A stretch of DNA of 64,000 bases from Yuukianura sp. NJ FZ-2021 (Eukaryota). A model generated the notes under the pieces. That model searched no databases, was not told the DNA's origin, and saw only the letters and a program-made list of their open reading frames with translations. The DNA lies in assembly GCA_046563655.1 (NCBI GenBank), contig CM102286.1:2542001-2606000 (forward strand), read 5' to 3'. The stretch's first letter is position 1, and the number at the start of each line of letters is the position of its first letter. Shown here one piece after another: positions 50,346 to 63,752 of the stretch. The position numbers and the translations under genes are program-made.

Positions 50346-50933
50346 CCAACCACGTAATTATAGCTGAATATGCCGCTGTTACAGCTGGCGTAACCGTCAG
50401 TTGATTATGTTGTATGCAGCGTTGCTGGATATCAACTTTTTCGACATTTCATCCACGACTGGATATCCAGTGGAAGATATGGGCGAAATGGATGAATACA
50501 GATGGGCGGAGCTTTGCCCGCCGGCTTTGAATTAAATAAATACAAGAAGCTTAAACAATTCAAAATACCGTACGAAAACATAGAAAATATCGTTTTTGTA
50601 TGAATTTTAAATAAATAATTTTAAGATGAAAGAAACACTTTCTGATATTATTTTCTGTAATTTCACATTTGATTTTTTTAAGTTTTCGCTGAATTCTTAA
50701 TTTCTTGCCTCCACTAAAAGTTTCATCCATTTCAGGTGCATTTCTTCCAGTGGCTATACAGTGGAAATGGCAATTAATCCACTGGATGTTTAAACGTCCA
50801 GCAACACTGATTGTGTGCGATAGGAACACGTTAAGAACAAAGTAAACTTAAGTAGTGGTAACTATGCGTAATACAAGCGCCTTAATTTCCCTCTGATTTT
50901 ACAATTCTAATAACCTCACCTCGGCACTTTTGT

Positions 50934-51130
50934 TCCGCTCCCATGCTCCCGCTCCCCGATCTTTTGCACGTACCCTCCGCTCCCATGCACCCGCTCCCCG
51001 ATCTTTTGCTCGTACCCTCCGCTCCCATGCACCCGCTCCCCGATCTTTTCCCCCAACCCTCCGCTCCCTACCACCCGCTCCCCGATCTTTTGCCCTTACC
51101 CTCCGCTCTCGATTTTTCCGCTCTCCGCTC
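50934..51130 (+). repeat. Diverged 42-bp tandem repeat (~4 copies) of the same family
   Basis: ccgctcccatgcacccgctccccgatcttttg... units. Confidence 0.9.
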
Positions 51131-51842
51131 GGGATCGGAGAGCGGGGAATGCAGGAGCGGAGAGCGGGGAGCGCAGAAGTGCCGAGCTATGTGAGAAAAT
51201 AAGCTCAAATCTTCTCAGATTTTAGTTAATTGGATTTTGAAATATTCCGCGCGCACCCAATGAGGAATCAACGTGCTTTTAAAATGGAAAGAAAATTGGA
51301 AGCACGACATGGAGCAAATAGACGCAAAAACAACATAAACATTATCAAAGTCAAGCACGACCATCATCTTTCTACTGGTCAAGTTGCATTTTTCAACTCC
51401 AAATCCTTGAATTTCAAATTCAGAAAAACAGTTTAGGTTAGGGTGGTAAACAGTTAATTATAAAAATAACTTTAATCAATTTTGCGTGATAATTAGAATT
51501 AAGGGAAACAAGTTACCAGCTTCCTCTTCTGCTAAAAAACTACTTTTGGCGGTAAACATTTTTTGGTGTTTAAATCAATTCAACCTTCGACTGTAATTTT
51601 GACTTTGGTTTTCAACCACCATGATGATGCAAAGCGTTGCAAATTTTTGGCAAAGTAAAGTGAATTAAAAATGCAGAGGAAGGACAAAAAGTTGACAATT
51701 TTTGTTTCGTTTTTTTTTCAGAAATTTTGTTGGATCAGTCGCTTGAAGTTCAGAAAAAAGCAATGGCTCGTCTCAAAGTGATTCCAGGAATTCCAGAATA
51801 AATTTTTGTCCAGCGGTGTTTAAATTTTGGTGTTCCTGGAGC

Positions 51843-54800
51843 ATGGAGAAATTCCGATTGGTGGTTCCTGTTCTACTGATTCTGTTAGGTCTCAATTCGG
51901 GTATCTTTGGAGCATGGCAAGATGGACTTCCTATTAACTCATATTTATCGACAGGTAAAGTTGATCTTTTAATTTAATTGACATTTAAGTCCTCTTTTAC
52001 CACAAAAATTAACTACGTTGTTAAATTAAATTATTTTCAAAAAGTGAAGAAGTCCAAGAGATCAAATTTTATTACCTCAATTCTCTGCGTCTTTAAACTT
52101 TCAAAAGTGCTCAAACCAGTTGAAAGTTAAAAGCTCAAGCTCAATTTCTACTTTTTTAAAACTTGTTAAAAAAACCGAGAATTTTTTGGAAAGTAGAGGA
52201 CGCTTCCATCGAACTTGTTTTTTGAATCGCTCAAGCGCAAATTTATACAGCGAAAGTCTTCTGCGTAGTTTTCAATCTCTGACAACACTCGGCCTGTCAA
52301 AATTTCCAAGGTCAACGAGATCATGGACTTTTTGCTTTAGGCGAAAACAGAGATTCGATTCAAAAGTGCTTTGAGATCACACTGACACGTAGCATCTTCA
52401 TGCAAAAGAGGAGCAAAAAATATTAAAATGGCGCGAGATTTGAATAGAAATCTTTTAGCCTAAGGCGTTGCTTTGGAGTTGAAATCAAGAGTGTGAAGGA
52501 GTCAATGGATCCAGCTTATCCAAAGACGTCATTCTGCTCAACCGAATCAAATTCTGGTCGTCATAGAAGACGTAAACGAAACAAGGCTTAACTTTTTAAG
52601 TGCTGGTTAAGATTAACTTTGACACAATTCGTGTCAAAATTTTCAAAAACTATGACGTTTGACCTTTTCTCAACGAAAAAATTTACTTATTCTAACTTGA
52701 TAACTGAAATTTTGAAAAGCTGAGTTAAGCTTGTGTGAGTCTAGCGTAATTACAGTTTCCACTTTTCAAAAAAATGTAAAAATGAGTTTATGGGTTTCGG
52801 GAACCGCAATTAGGGTGACATACATCGCACGGCTTAAATTCTCAGTTTTAAATTTTGGTTTTTATTTTTTACAACTCTTTTTTAGTTTGAGTTGTAACAC
52901 AAAATTTTATGATTATGACGAGGCATTGTCTATGTCAAGTACAAATTAGACAAGGAGCTTGTCTTTTTTCTCAGACAATTGAAGCCAATTTTGGTGTAAT
53001 CTCAGTAGCAACTTTTGAAAAATCCAATTATAGTTCTAGACTTACAAAATTCAATTTGCAGTGAACTACTACGCAACAGTTGTAACTTGTACAAAAACAT
53101 AACGTGTTTGGCTTATGAAGTGTTTGAAATTGACCCCCAGAGGTCACCACGCACATCTCCTAAATTTTATTGCTCTCAGTCGACCCCGTTTTCCCACTCA
53201 AACTGATTTCAGTTTCTTTTGTATCCACAGTTTTCTTTTCAAAAAAGTTTAAATGGTGACAGTAAAATCATAATTTTGAAAATTTACAACAATGGAGGCT
53301 TCAGTTCCATTGTATCGTTCGTAAAGCTTTAAAATTCCCGCTTTTCGTGCACTACCCTACAGAAACTGGATTAAATTTTGAAATTTTCTTTTTTTCAAAA
53401 ACGACTCTGTGAGTTATGGGTCAAAGGTTGGGTGGTCGCTTTGAATCTCCAAGTGAGAAAAATATGCGCGGTAAAATTCAAAAATAAATTAGTTCCTTTA
53501 AGTCCAAAACGGACATAAAAGTCCATTGTACTATCTGAAAAATGTTATTACTATTCACGCCAAGTACATGAGAAAGTTAAAAATCAGTTTCAAATCTATG
53601 CGTAACTTTTTAAAAAGTGCCTCAAGGTTTAAACTCAGGGATTATTTGAGGTTTCAAAATGGCCGCCATTTTTTGTGACTCTGATCCTGGACACTTTTGG
53701 TTCAGGTAATGCTTGTACCTTGTGTAAAAAGTGTCATCTTTATAACATTTCGTGCCTTGCGGTTTAAAAATTTGAGCAAAAAACAACTGCTGCTGTGATT
53801 TTGATTTCATGGTGAGCCATGAAAGGACATGATTTTGTTCTATTCTCAGACTATAGCATTAAGATTTGCAAAGTCATTGACTATCGGAGAAGACTATTTT
53901 GGTTTTAGCATGGGAAGGAGTCAATGACAGGAGGCGGAAGTTTTAAAAGTTTTCGGATGGGCCATGATGGCTCCATTTGGTTATAATTTTAAATTTCAAG
54001 GACCGCCAAATTTATAACTGCACTTCAAAATTTCCGTTTGGCGGTATTTAAAATTTAATATGCGACACGGCCCTGTGGTGTTAAAATTAGAGACTCAAGA
54101 AAAAATTTCTTTCAAATTTTTTTCAAAGTAACGCTGCACATGTATAACAGAAAACATAAAATGATTATTTTTTTTGAAAATCTGTTTGAACATTCGTTGT
54201 TTTGAAAATTTCGTCCCACGCATAAACTATGGATATTTATAACTTAAAAGTAGGGCGAGGTAGTGATTAGAGTGACAGGTAATAATTAGTTGTAACCTCA
54301 AGTACGAGTTACGAAATGGCTGGAACTATGCTACAGGCAATGCACTTTTTAAGTACAAATTTTCTGTAATTGCAAGTTGTAGTGCACTTTTTGAATTCAG
54401 TTTTTAAGAAAATTTTGGTATGGGAAAATTCAAATTTGGTTTCCCAAAGTCATTTGTGCCAACGATTATCCTCTAGCATTTTACCAAAAACATAAATTTA
54501 AAAAAAAATGTTACTGCGATAGTAACTTTTTCTGTATTATAACAATTCTTCATGATAAGAATATTTTTGGAAATTCAATTTTTGTTAAACTTTTTTCGAA
54601 ATTTTGAAAGCCGTTTTGAAATTGGATTGCGTCAGTAGGTGAATCAATGGGTTTTGAAGAGTAACGTTTGTCAATGGTTCATTTGAAAGTCAATTGCGTC
54701 CTTTTCCTTGTCGTACTTTACAAGTGTGTTAATTGCTGTTCAAAAATTATGGTAGGCGTGTGGCGCATTGTTTTGAATTTGGACTTCAAACACTTCACTT

Positions 54801-57800
54801 CACATTTAAATATTCCCTCGCTCTCCCTTTCGTGTTTAAAATTTTTAGCCACCTCTGCAATTTCCACATGCTGTCCATTATTATTCGTACTCATTTTTTA
54901 TTGTTTTGAACTGTACTAAACGCTTTTCAAAAAAACAATTACGTTTTTTAAATTATCTTCGCAAGAAATTATAATAAATGGGCTAATAATGGAAGCTACT
55001 CACGTAAGACCTCCAAAGGCATGCGTGAATCCAAATGGTCTTGGAGTTGTAAAAAATTGAAATTGAATCTCGACTTGACCAATTGCTTTTGTAAAAAACT
55101 GATTTGAATTTAAGAGAAAGTAAAAACACTTTTCAGTTTTGAATTGGCGTGAATCATTTGGAAATTGGAAGAAAACGTTAAGCCGAAAACAGGAAACTGT
55201 GGGTGTGATGAATCAGGAAGATTCGTAGGTGTATGATATTGAATATAATAATTTAATTATAATAAAAACTAATCTTATTATAATTATGGATAGTACTAAG
55301 AATAAGTTATGTAACATTTTGAAGATTTAGGTTGGATTTTCCACCACAGTGAGCCTAAAATCGTCCGACGTGATCCGATTAGCGTGACGATGCGTTTAGG
55401 ATACTAAATCCTTGTAGACTTTTGAAGATGCTACGCATGCGTCAGCAGGTGTAAAGTGGCGTTCAATTAGTCTTCGCTGTTAGTTGAGTGTAAATTAGTC
55501 ATCAGAAAGAGGCGAGGCCTACTGATGCAGATGACTAGGAAGTGTGAACTCTGTTACTCATTTTTCTACTGGCGAAAACACGATTTTCAAGAGAAACGGA
55601 GAGGATACCGGTATTATTCGAATCTTCTTCGCATTTCTACTACATAAATTTAACGTTAATTTTAAAGATGGAGGACAGATAAATATTTATTGTGGATTCA
55701 TTTGGAAGTGATTCACGAAAAGTGTTGAAGAATCAGAGAAAAATAACGGTGTAAATTTAAATGAATTGGCATTCAATTCCGTATGTTTTGATTCCATGTG
55801 CTTCGGGGAATAAGTGAGATTGGTTCATGCACGACCATGCGGGTAAAAAATGGAGTTTTTCGAAAAGTTGTAAATGTCTCAGAGAAAAATGAGATAAACT
55901 TGAGAAAAAATTTTTTAGATGACGGGTAGGGTAAAATAAATGATGCGATGTCATTTAGAATTAAATTTTTCTGAAACTGTTTTGCAAAAGTGTCATTCCT
56001 GGCACTGAGCTTTCCAAATGCTAAATCTGTTAAGACAGGTGAAAGATGTCAATCGGTAAAATACTGCCGAAACAATTGAATTGAGCTCTTTTGATCCGTG
56101 GGATCATCCATCATGCAATGTACAGTTTCAATCAATTGTCAAATCAAGTGATCAAGGGGCAACGGTGTTCCTATTGTCCTGCAAAGGTCAATGACAACTA
56201 CCATCAGTTAAACTGACTAAAAAATTGAAAAAATTTAACAATTTAACATTTAAAACAAAAATTTACCTTAATTTTGGCTCGTATAAAATTTTAAAAGTGA
56301 GAGAAACCGTGAAATAGATTTTGGACGTTGAACTCTGATCCAACAGGAACTCTGATCCCATAAATCAATTTTTTTTAGTTTGGGATTGATTGAGTGCGTC
56401 TAAATTTAGCTTACTTTGTTCACTTTGGTTCAAACAAAAAGCAGGAGCAGCTTCTGCAATTAAAGTGTAAACAAATGGGAAAAATGTTCTGATCGCTTAC
56501 TCGTGCCTTTTACTAAAAGTTTAAGTCAGAAACGTAAACAGACAAAGGAGATCATCTTCTACTTCCGCAGATCTGAGCCGTTGTTTTAGTGTCCTGATGA
56601 AAGATGCAACGCTTTTACTTTACTTTACAGCTTGAGGTTTTCGGTCTGGCAAAAAATAAATTTTCGCATTGTTGGCACGCTTCAGCAAAATTCCGCCAAA
56701 TCCAGCAGCTAAATTTAGCAAACTCTGAATTTTTCCAAAACCGGAAACTTCTTGAGCGAATCTTTCAATTGTCTCAAAAAAAAGTGTCGATCGACCACAT
56801 CTTTTTTCAATTCAAACACAAAGTGTGAAGAAAACGCGAAAAAAAATTCTTATGTAAAGGATGCGGTATGCACAGCATTTCTTACAGAATGTAGTATACT
56901 GTTCAAGTCTTTATACAAATGTCGACGAATTTTCAATTTAGTAGAGATTCAGAAACAAAATTTTTGGTAGAATTTTTGAGTAAATTTTTCGAAAAATTTC
57001 ACGGTGCATTAGCCCTTAACAGTGTGAGAGATCACTCCAAAGCCTAACCGAAAATGGGATTACTTTGCATTATCTTATGTTTACTGAAAAGGCAACAAGC
57101 CAAAACACATTTAGTGCCTCGTTAATTGCTGTTTCCGTCTATACAAAATCTCCTCTACAAAGAAACGCACTCCCAAGGAATAGTAACACGCAAATGTCAG
57201 AGGTCACTGGGCTGAAGACGTAAATTTTCACTTGGGACAGAAGAAGTGTGTCGCCTTACGACTAAGAAGTATAGAATAACAGGACAGTTGTGTTTAATTG
57301 TGTTCCCATAATGTTAAACTTGGTCAGATGACTTGTTTTTCATTGCCGATGGCTGCGTTGTGCCCTCTTCACCCCGCCAAATCCAAAAGACACAAATTCA
57401 GGTCAACTGTCACAAAATGGGAAAAGAGCGGACTTAATCCTGGGGTCACGTCAGCGTCTTCTCAGCAAACGGTTGACCTATTTGAAAACAGTTGTGAATC
57501 TGTACAAGAATTGCCAATCACACCAAATTGCAATTCGATTCAAAGCGGCAAATTACAAATTTGCAATTTTGTGAGTCGTTTGTTGCTTACAAAGAATTTT
57601 GGCATGCGAGCTTTGATTTTCAAATACATTTTGAAATTGGATTCAAAATTACAAGTTCAACTGCGTACAAAACATAAAACTTCGATTGTTTCGACCTATT
57701 TTTTTTCTTGTCTTTAAAATTTCGACTGTTCTACATTTTTCTCGTTTTTTCAAAATTCCGCAACTTTGGCCTAAATTTTCTCGTTTTTTCGTAGTTCGAC

Positions 57801-60800
57801 AGTTTCGGAATAATTCTTTCTTGACTTTTCAAACTTCGGCAGTTTTGGTTCTACGGACTTCCAAATTTTTTGTGGACTTGTTTTTTACTTGGTTCGATTG
57901 ATTTTGAGTTACGTAAGAAAGTTCACCACTGGTTACCTGAGGTTACTGGTGGTTACTTAACCTTAAACTCTAATGAAAAGAAAAGCAACTGGTATGAACT
58001 TGGTTTTACTCTATAGTGCTCAGCCACTTGAGCATCTTTGCTAAGTGGATGAGGAGGGCGGGGTGAATGACCTCCTTCAAAAACTTGTGTTTAGTTAGAG
58101 GTGGTTCATCCAGTCAATAGAGGAAGAAGAAAATGGACATCTCCCACTCTCTGTATACCAACAGACTCGTTTTTTTAAGCTTCCGTGTCACTGTCAAGTC
58201 AATAAGTTAAAAGTCGGGCGTGAACGGCATTTTACAACGGAGAATCAGATATGACAGGGAATCTAATGGAATTAAAGTTTTTGAAATATATTTCCGACTT
58301 CTGCTCTCCTTGCTAGTAAAAAAGTTCAAAAAGTTTGCTTTTGGCAGCAATTTTTATGAAAAAGAAAAAAAAAAGGAAAAAATGACAACGTCAAATGACG
58401 GCTTTTTGGCTCAGCGATTTGTTTTCAAAGGTTCCGCCAATTGACGAAACCAAAAAAAGTTGAAATGTCAACTTTTTTTTTGAGAAAACGAAACCAAAAC
58501 TTTTTTGCTTAAAAAAATTCTGTTTCTCAATTTTGATTTTCCATTTTTCAAACCCTTTCTTGGAACTTTTTAGTATGTTTGAAAAACTTTGGCTTAAAAA
58601 TGCGCTCCCGGTGAGACACGATTGGAAAGTCAGGCTTATGAAACCGTTTAAATTTTGACGCGTTAATTTATTGGGTATACAAGTCAGCATCTCAAAATCA
58701 AAATTTCGTGAACATCTTTCCGTATGTTGCTTCATAGTAAATGAACTTGAAGATTTGAAGGGTTGATATAGTGAAGTGGGAACTTTTAAAAAGGCGAATG
58801 ATCCCTCAAGTGCAAGGCAAAAAACGCATCTGCCTGAAAAGAATAGATGTTCGTTTGTATTCATTTGCAGAGATGAAGTCAAAGATGACTGTTTTGTTCC
58901 ACCTCACGATGCGCATGCGCTCAAATTCTGGCAGATTCGAATCTATTGTTCTCCGCAACTCAGCAGCTAAGCAAACCATTGTTTTCAGCAATCAAGCTCT
59001 AAACTATAGGCAACTGAAACTATGGCTTCGAACAACAGCCACGCCCTTCTCCATTTACTTGTAAAAAGTCTCAACAAGCCCTTAAGGGAGCGTCGCTTTT
59101 AATTCCAATCATTTCGAAATGGGTGGCTATTTATGGTCTTTTGTTTTCATTTACACGAGAGCTTCTGTGCTGCTTCCAAATTAAAACTGGGAGAAACACC
59201 CAACTAACTGTTCAGTAAAAATCGGCTTGAAATCTTGTCAATATGAGTCAGTCAGTCATGATCTTTGTTTACTTTACGCATGCGTTGGCGTTTTCCCGTT
59301 TCTCCATTGTTATTCTTAAAACGTGAAAGGAGTTGAACAAAAGTGATGCACAAGTACAGAAAATATTAGCATTTTTTGGAGGTGGCAAAAAGCGTGGGTA
59401 GCTTTTTTGAAACTTGTTAACCGGCCACTGCCGTTCCTGTTTTCTTTTTGAATTTTGAATGACAATAAATTGTCGCCTTTTTTGTACCCGCCCTGCCACT
59501 TTTTCTTTGTTTCAAAATTTAATGACCAAATTTTGAAATTTGATGAAAAAACAACATGGTTGGGAAAATTTGGAGTTTGACTTTAGCAGGAAATTTTTGA
59601 ATTGAAGAGAAGCGTGTTGCACGTTGATTGGATTCTGTCGTGTTGATTCAAATTTTTTTTATACAAAAAAGTTTCCAATTTCCACGAATTTTGGTTTTTC
59701 AAATTAAGTGTACCATAATTTGCTGTTTTTGTTAAAAAGCAGTAAATTTTTTGGCACAGTTTGACGTGAAAAAAATTTCACGTTAGCCACAAAAGTGTGA
59801 ACTCTTCACACCTCGTAATTTTCAGCAAAAACCACCTTTTATTATAATCTTCACCACAAAACCTTAACCTTGGTGCTCGTTAATTAAATTAACTCAGCGT
59901 TTTACAAACTAGGTTAACCAACACTTCTTTTTCATATAAAACCATAAACGTGTCAAATTTTTTGGTTTGAGAAAAAAAAGATTTACCTTCACACTCAACG
60001 TCAAAAATTAAAAAATTGAGAACACAAAAAAGCTAGTTTGACGATTTTCACAACTTCACAACTTTTTTTTAACTTCAAATTTTTTTAAGGTTTGAATTAT
60101 AATTTATAAGTTTTTAAATTAAGTTGTAATTTTTTTTCTGATTTCTTGTTTAATCCAACTTTGTAGTTTTCATCTCATGCTGCGACTGCCATATTTGGAG
60201 CGTTGTTGTTGCAAAATTGGTTGCAGGAAATTGTAGCCTCTTGGCACGACTTGACTTCAATTGAATCTGAACTTGTGTTTCTCCTATCTCGTTCATCTTG
60301 TTTGCAACTTCAATTACGCTAATTGAATTCAATGTGCCCACAAATTTTGAAAATTGCACAATGACACTGCCCATCCTGGGTCATGTGACTGCAGACAGTA
60401 CGATGACACGCTGGAGGTCATTGCTACACTCAACTTTTGTCCAAATTACGAAATTGTTATAATTCTAAGGCGTAGTCTTCATTTTGTGACTGACAGTGTC
60501 AAATGCCCATTGTCAAACTCTTACAAAAAGTTAAAAAAAAATGTCTTTTTTCACTTTCCGTTTCCGCCCAATTGAATTCACTCTTTTTCACTTTCGTGTC
60601 TTTTTTCTCAAAATTTGAAAAGTGTTGTTACACGCTTCTCGTCCAAGATTGAGTTGCATTTTGCATGTTGGAGACCTCTTAAGTCTCTCACCTTCTAAAA
60701 AAATGAAATTGAGAAGTTCGGGCGGGGTCACGGACGAAACGATGCACTTTGTCTTCTATGCGGTGGGTCTATTATAAAGAGGACTTACATGTTCAAATTG

Positions 60801-63752
60801 AATTTTTTCAAGCGCTGCTCATTTTTTTAAATGTGAAACTTGCTTTACAACAGTCGGATATCTTGGTGTGTGGTTAATGTGGTTTTTCATTTTCTCGTTT
60901 TTCAGAAATCCTAAATGGCCGCATTAGAGGAAAGTTTGAAAATTATGACGAAGATCATCTGTCGCTTTTGGCATGGGATGAAGAAAACCTTTTGATTGGA
61001 GCACGAGATGCTCTTTTCAATCTCACGTCAACGCATCTCAAGATCAATTCGGTAATTGCATACTTCAGAAAAAAAAATTCAAAAGAAAATTCAAACTTTT
61101 AAATTTGAATTGACAGGTACTGAACTGGACAGCATCTCAGTATGACAAAGAGAATTGTCAGGTCAAAGGTCAAAAGGAATCCGATTGTCACAATTTCATT
61201 CGTCTTGTTCATGGACCAATCCAGTTTAATGATTCGTCAAAACCTGCAACATCCGAAACGACGACAAATGAAACAACAGAAGCGACGTCGTCAAATGTGA
61301 CGGCGACTGCTGATTGGATGATTTGCGGTACAAATGCATTTAGACCGCGTTGTCGCCTTTATGACGAGGAACTGCAGACTTACCGACACGAAATTTCTGG
61401 AATTGCGTATAGTCCATTTGACCCTACGCATATGTCAACTTCATTACTGCACCACGGTGCAATTTATACTGCCACGGTGGCGGATTTCGGTGGATCGGAT
61501 GCACTCATTTACAAATATCCACTTCGCACGGAACAATATGAATCGAGGCAATTGAGCAGTAAGTAACTTTTTGAAAAAATAAACTTGATTCAGGGAAACT
61601 TTTTGTTTTGAAAACGTGATTTTTTTGTGTGTTTTAGGTCCTTCGTTTGTTTCGTCTATGAGTCACGGAGACTTGGCATTGTTTTTCTTCCGTGAACTGG
61701 CAGTGGAGCATACGAACTGTGGGAAAGTGATGTACAGTCGCGTTGCACGAATTTGCCGCCACGACATTGGAAGCCGGAAGCACAAAGATCGATTTACGAC
61801 ATTTCTCAAGGCACGGCTCAACTGCTCCGTCCCTGGAGAATTCCCATTTTACTTTGATCATATTCGTAAGTTCACAATTTTTGAACCAAAAAAAAATTTC
61901 CCAGAAATTTCAAAATTTTGATTTTGGATTTGCAGAAGGAACTACCTCAATTTTTGTCGATGGTGAACGCAATACAGAAATGATTTACGCCGTTTTCACA
62001 ACTCCAGAAAACTCCATTGGTGCGTCAGCCGTTTGTGCCTTCAGAATAGACGACATTGTGAAAGTGTTTGACGGGCCCTTCAAGGGCCAATCCACGTACG
62101 ACTCCAATTGGCTCCCTGTTCCAGCCAGTGACGTTCCTTCTCAGCGTCCCGGTGCCTGTCCAACTGAAAACTCTCCTCCCCCTGAAGCCCATACAGAAGC
62201 CTTTTACAAGGAGCATCTCCTGATGGACGAAACTGTCCAAGGTTCCTTGACACTCGTCCATGCTTCCAATACAGACAGGTTTAAAGTAGTGGAAGTTGAC
62301 ATCATGGGGGAGTATCACATTTTGTACATTGGTACTGAAACGGGTAAAGTGCTCAAAGTGATCGTAGACAATGATCAAAATAGTTCCCGCCACAGGCGTC
62401 ATGATACTGACTCCTCCCACTCAGACTCTAGCCACTCCCCCTCAGATGCTGACTCCTCCCTCCTAGGGTTTAGTTTAAATACAAGTCTGATCTCAGCCTC
62501 TTGGCAAGTAAGTGACAAACCAATCAGAACGCTGCGTCTGATCAATCCGGCGACAATTCTCGTCGGAACTGAAACGAGCGTCGTACTGCTTCCGACGTCA
62601 CACTGCGACGAATACAAAACGTGTCATGCGTGTATCCAGCTCCGTGATCCGCACTGCTTCTGGGACATGGACAACGGCACATGCGTGTCATCAGTTCAAA
62701 GTCAGATGGAAACTTCCGCAGAGTTCAACTTGCGACAAGATATTGCCTCAGGCGATGCCCAGTTTTGTCCACAAGGTGAGTTTTAAAAATTTCAACTTGT
62801 AAAAAGTTTGTCTTTTTGGATTTTCCTTGGCTAAAATGGTGGCGGGATTTTCACGTGGTAATAGAAAATTTGGTGACGCTGGAAGAAGTGTCGTCGGTTG
62901 AACCGCCGGAAAATGTTGTCGAAGAGGCTCAAATGGACAGCAGCTCAAAGGCAGCAGCAGAGTGTTGTGCATGCTCAGGCGTGACACTATCTTCACATGA
63001 AACTTCTGGAAACAACAGGATTCCAGAACTGGATGGCTACTTTAGATATGCACCGACACAGAATGATGACGATTGGACACGAAATGAAATTTCAACTCCC
63101 GAACTTGTTGACACTTCTTCAAAATTTCCACTTCCAAGGAGAGGTAAGCCCAGTCATCCTCCATCAATGTTTTTTCGAAAAAAAAGTTCATGATGATTTT
63201 TTGAACCAATCATGGCGGCACTTACAAATTTTGATTTTGATTTTCCCTCTGCCTTTTGGTTGATTTTAATGCATGACCTTAGACTGGGCTTACACTCCTT
63301 TTATTTGCTTAATAACTTTACTAAAATTGGGTTTAACTAAAAGTATACCTTTGAGTAATTGTTTTCAAAATTTGAAATTTCCGTTTTTTATTCAAATTCC
63401 AGAATACGAGTCTTCTTCGTCAAAATCCGGAGAGGAATCGATCAGCCGAGGCTCTATTGCTGTGGCCACCGTAGGTTCAGCCTTCATCGCTCTTCTGATT
63501 GGCTGTGCCATTGGATTTCTAGGCAGCCGGTGGTTGGCCAACAAGAAAAATTTGAGCAAGACTGCGGCAACTAATGCCCAATTTGCAGCGTCACTCAGTG
63601 AGCAGTCGCAGAGACTAACGCCACCAAAGCCGCTGGACTTTGTTGTAAACAACGTCAACAACTGGAGTGGTGCAGTCAAAAATCCATCCCCGCCCAAAAG
63701 TAACTTAGCGACCGACACTCTAGAGAAGACTGTGAAAAAAATTTACCTTTGA
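51843..63752 (+). CDS. Sema1a: Transmembrane semaphorin, class 1 (Sema-1a-like)
   Basis: Signal-peptide exon 51843-51954 (MEKFRLVVPVLLILLGLNSGIFGAWQD...) joins in phase 1 across a ~9-kb intron to 60906. Sema motifs LLIGARD, DCHNFIR, ICGTNAFRPRC, SPFDP, FFFRELAVEHTNCGK...SRVARIC, FTTFLKARLNCSVPGEFPFYFD, SAVCAF; PSI CIQLRDPHCFWD; TM; tail ends VKKIYL*. Family is certain; 1a versus 1b is less so. Confidence 0.88.

Larger units (their letters stand above)
49998..51191. mobile_element. Non-autonomous hAT-like element (1194 bp) with 8-bp TSD and internal 42-bp minisatellites
   Basis: Left end CAGAGTTCGGCACTTTTGC, right end GCAGAAGTGCCGAGCTATG (reverse complement CATAGCTCGGCACTTCTGC); identical TGAGAAAA at 49990-49997 and 51192-51199. 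Confidence 0.85.

Noticed and set aside
49940..50400. 12-bp inverted match CTGACGGTTACG / CGTAACCGTCAG straddling the hAT left end
   Set aside because: No TSD or extended pairing; it conflicts with the better-supported element boundaries.
49947..50404. Repetitive ORFs (GKRAGSGCMGAE.. resembling a neuropeptide precursor; PPLPCTRSPLFCLY..)
   Set aside because: Open in several frames on both strands only because of the 42-bp minisatellite in a TSD-flanked transposon; no signal peptide or splice context.
35000..60800. Many 60-160 aa ORFs in the gene-poor region
   Set aside because: F/K/L-rich composition typical of random AT-rich DNA, many with non-ATG starts, no recognisable motifs.
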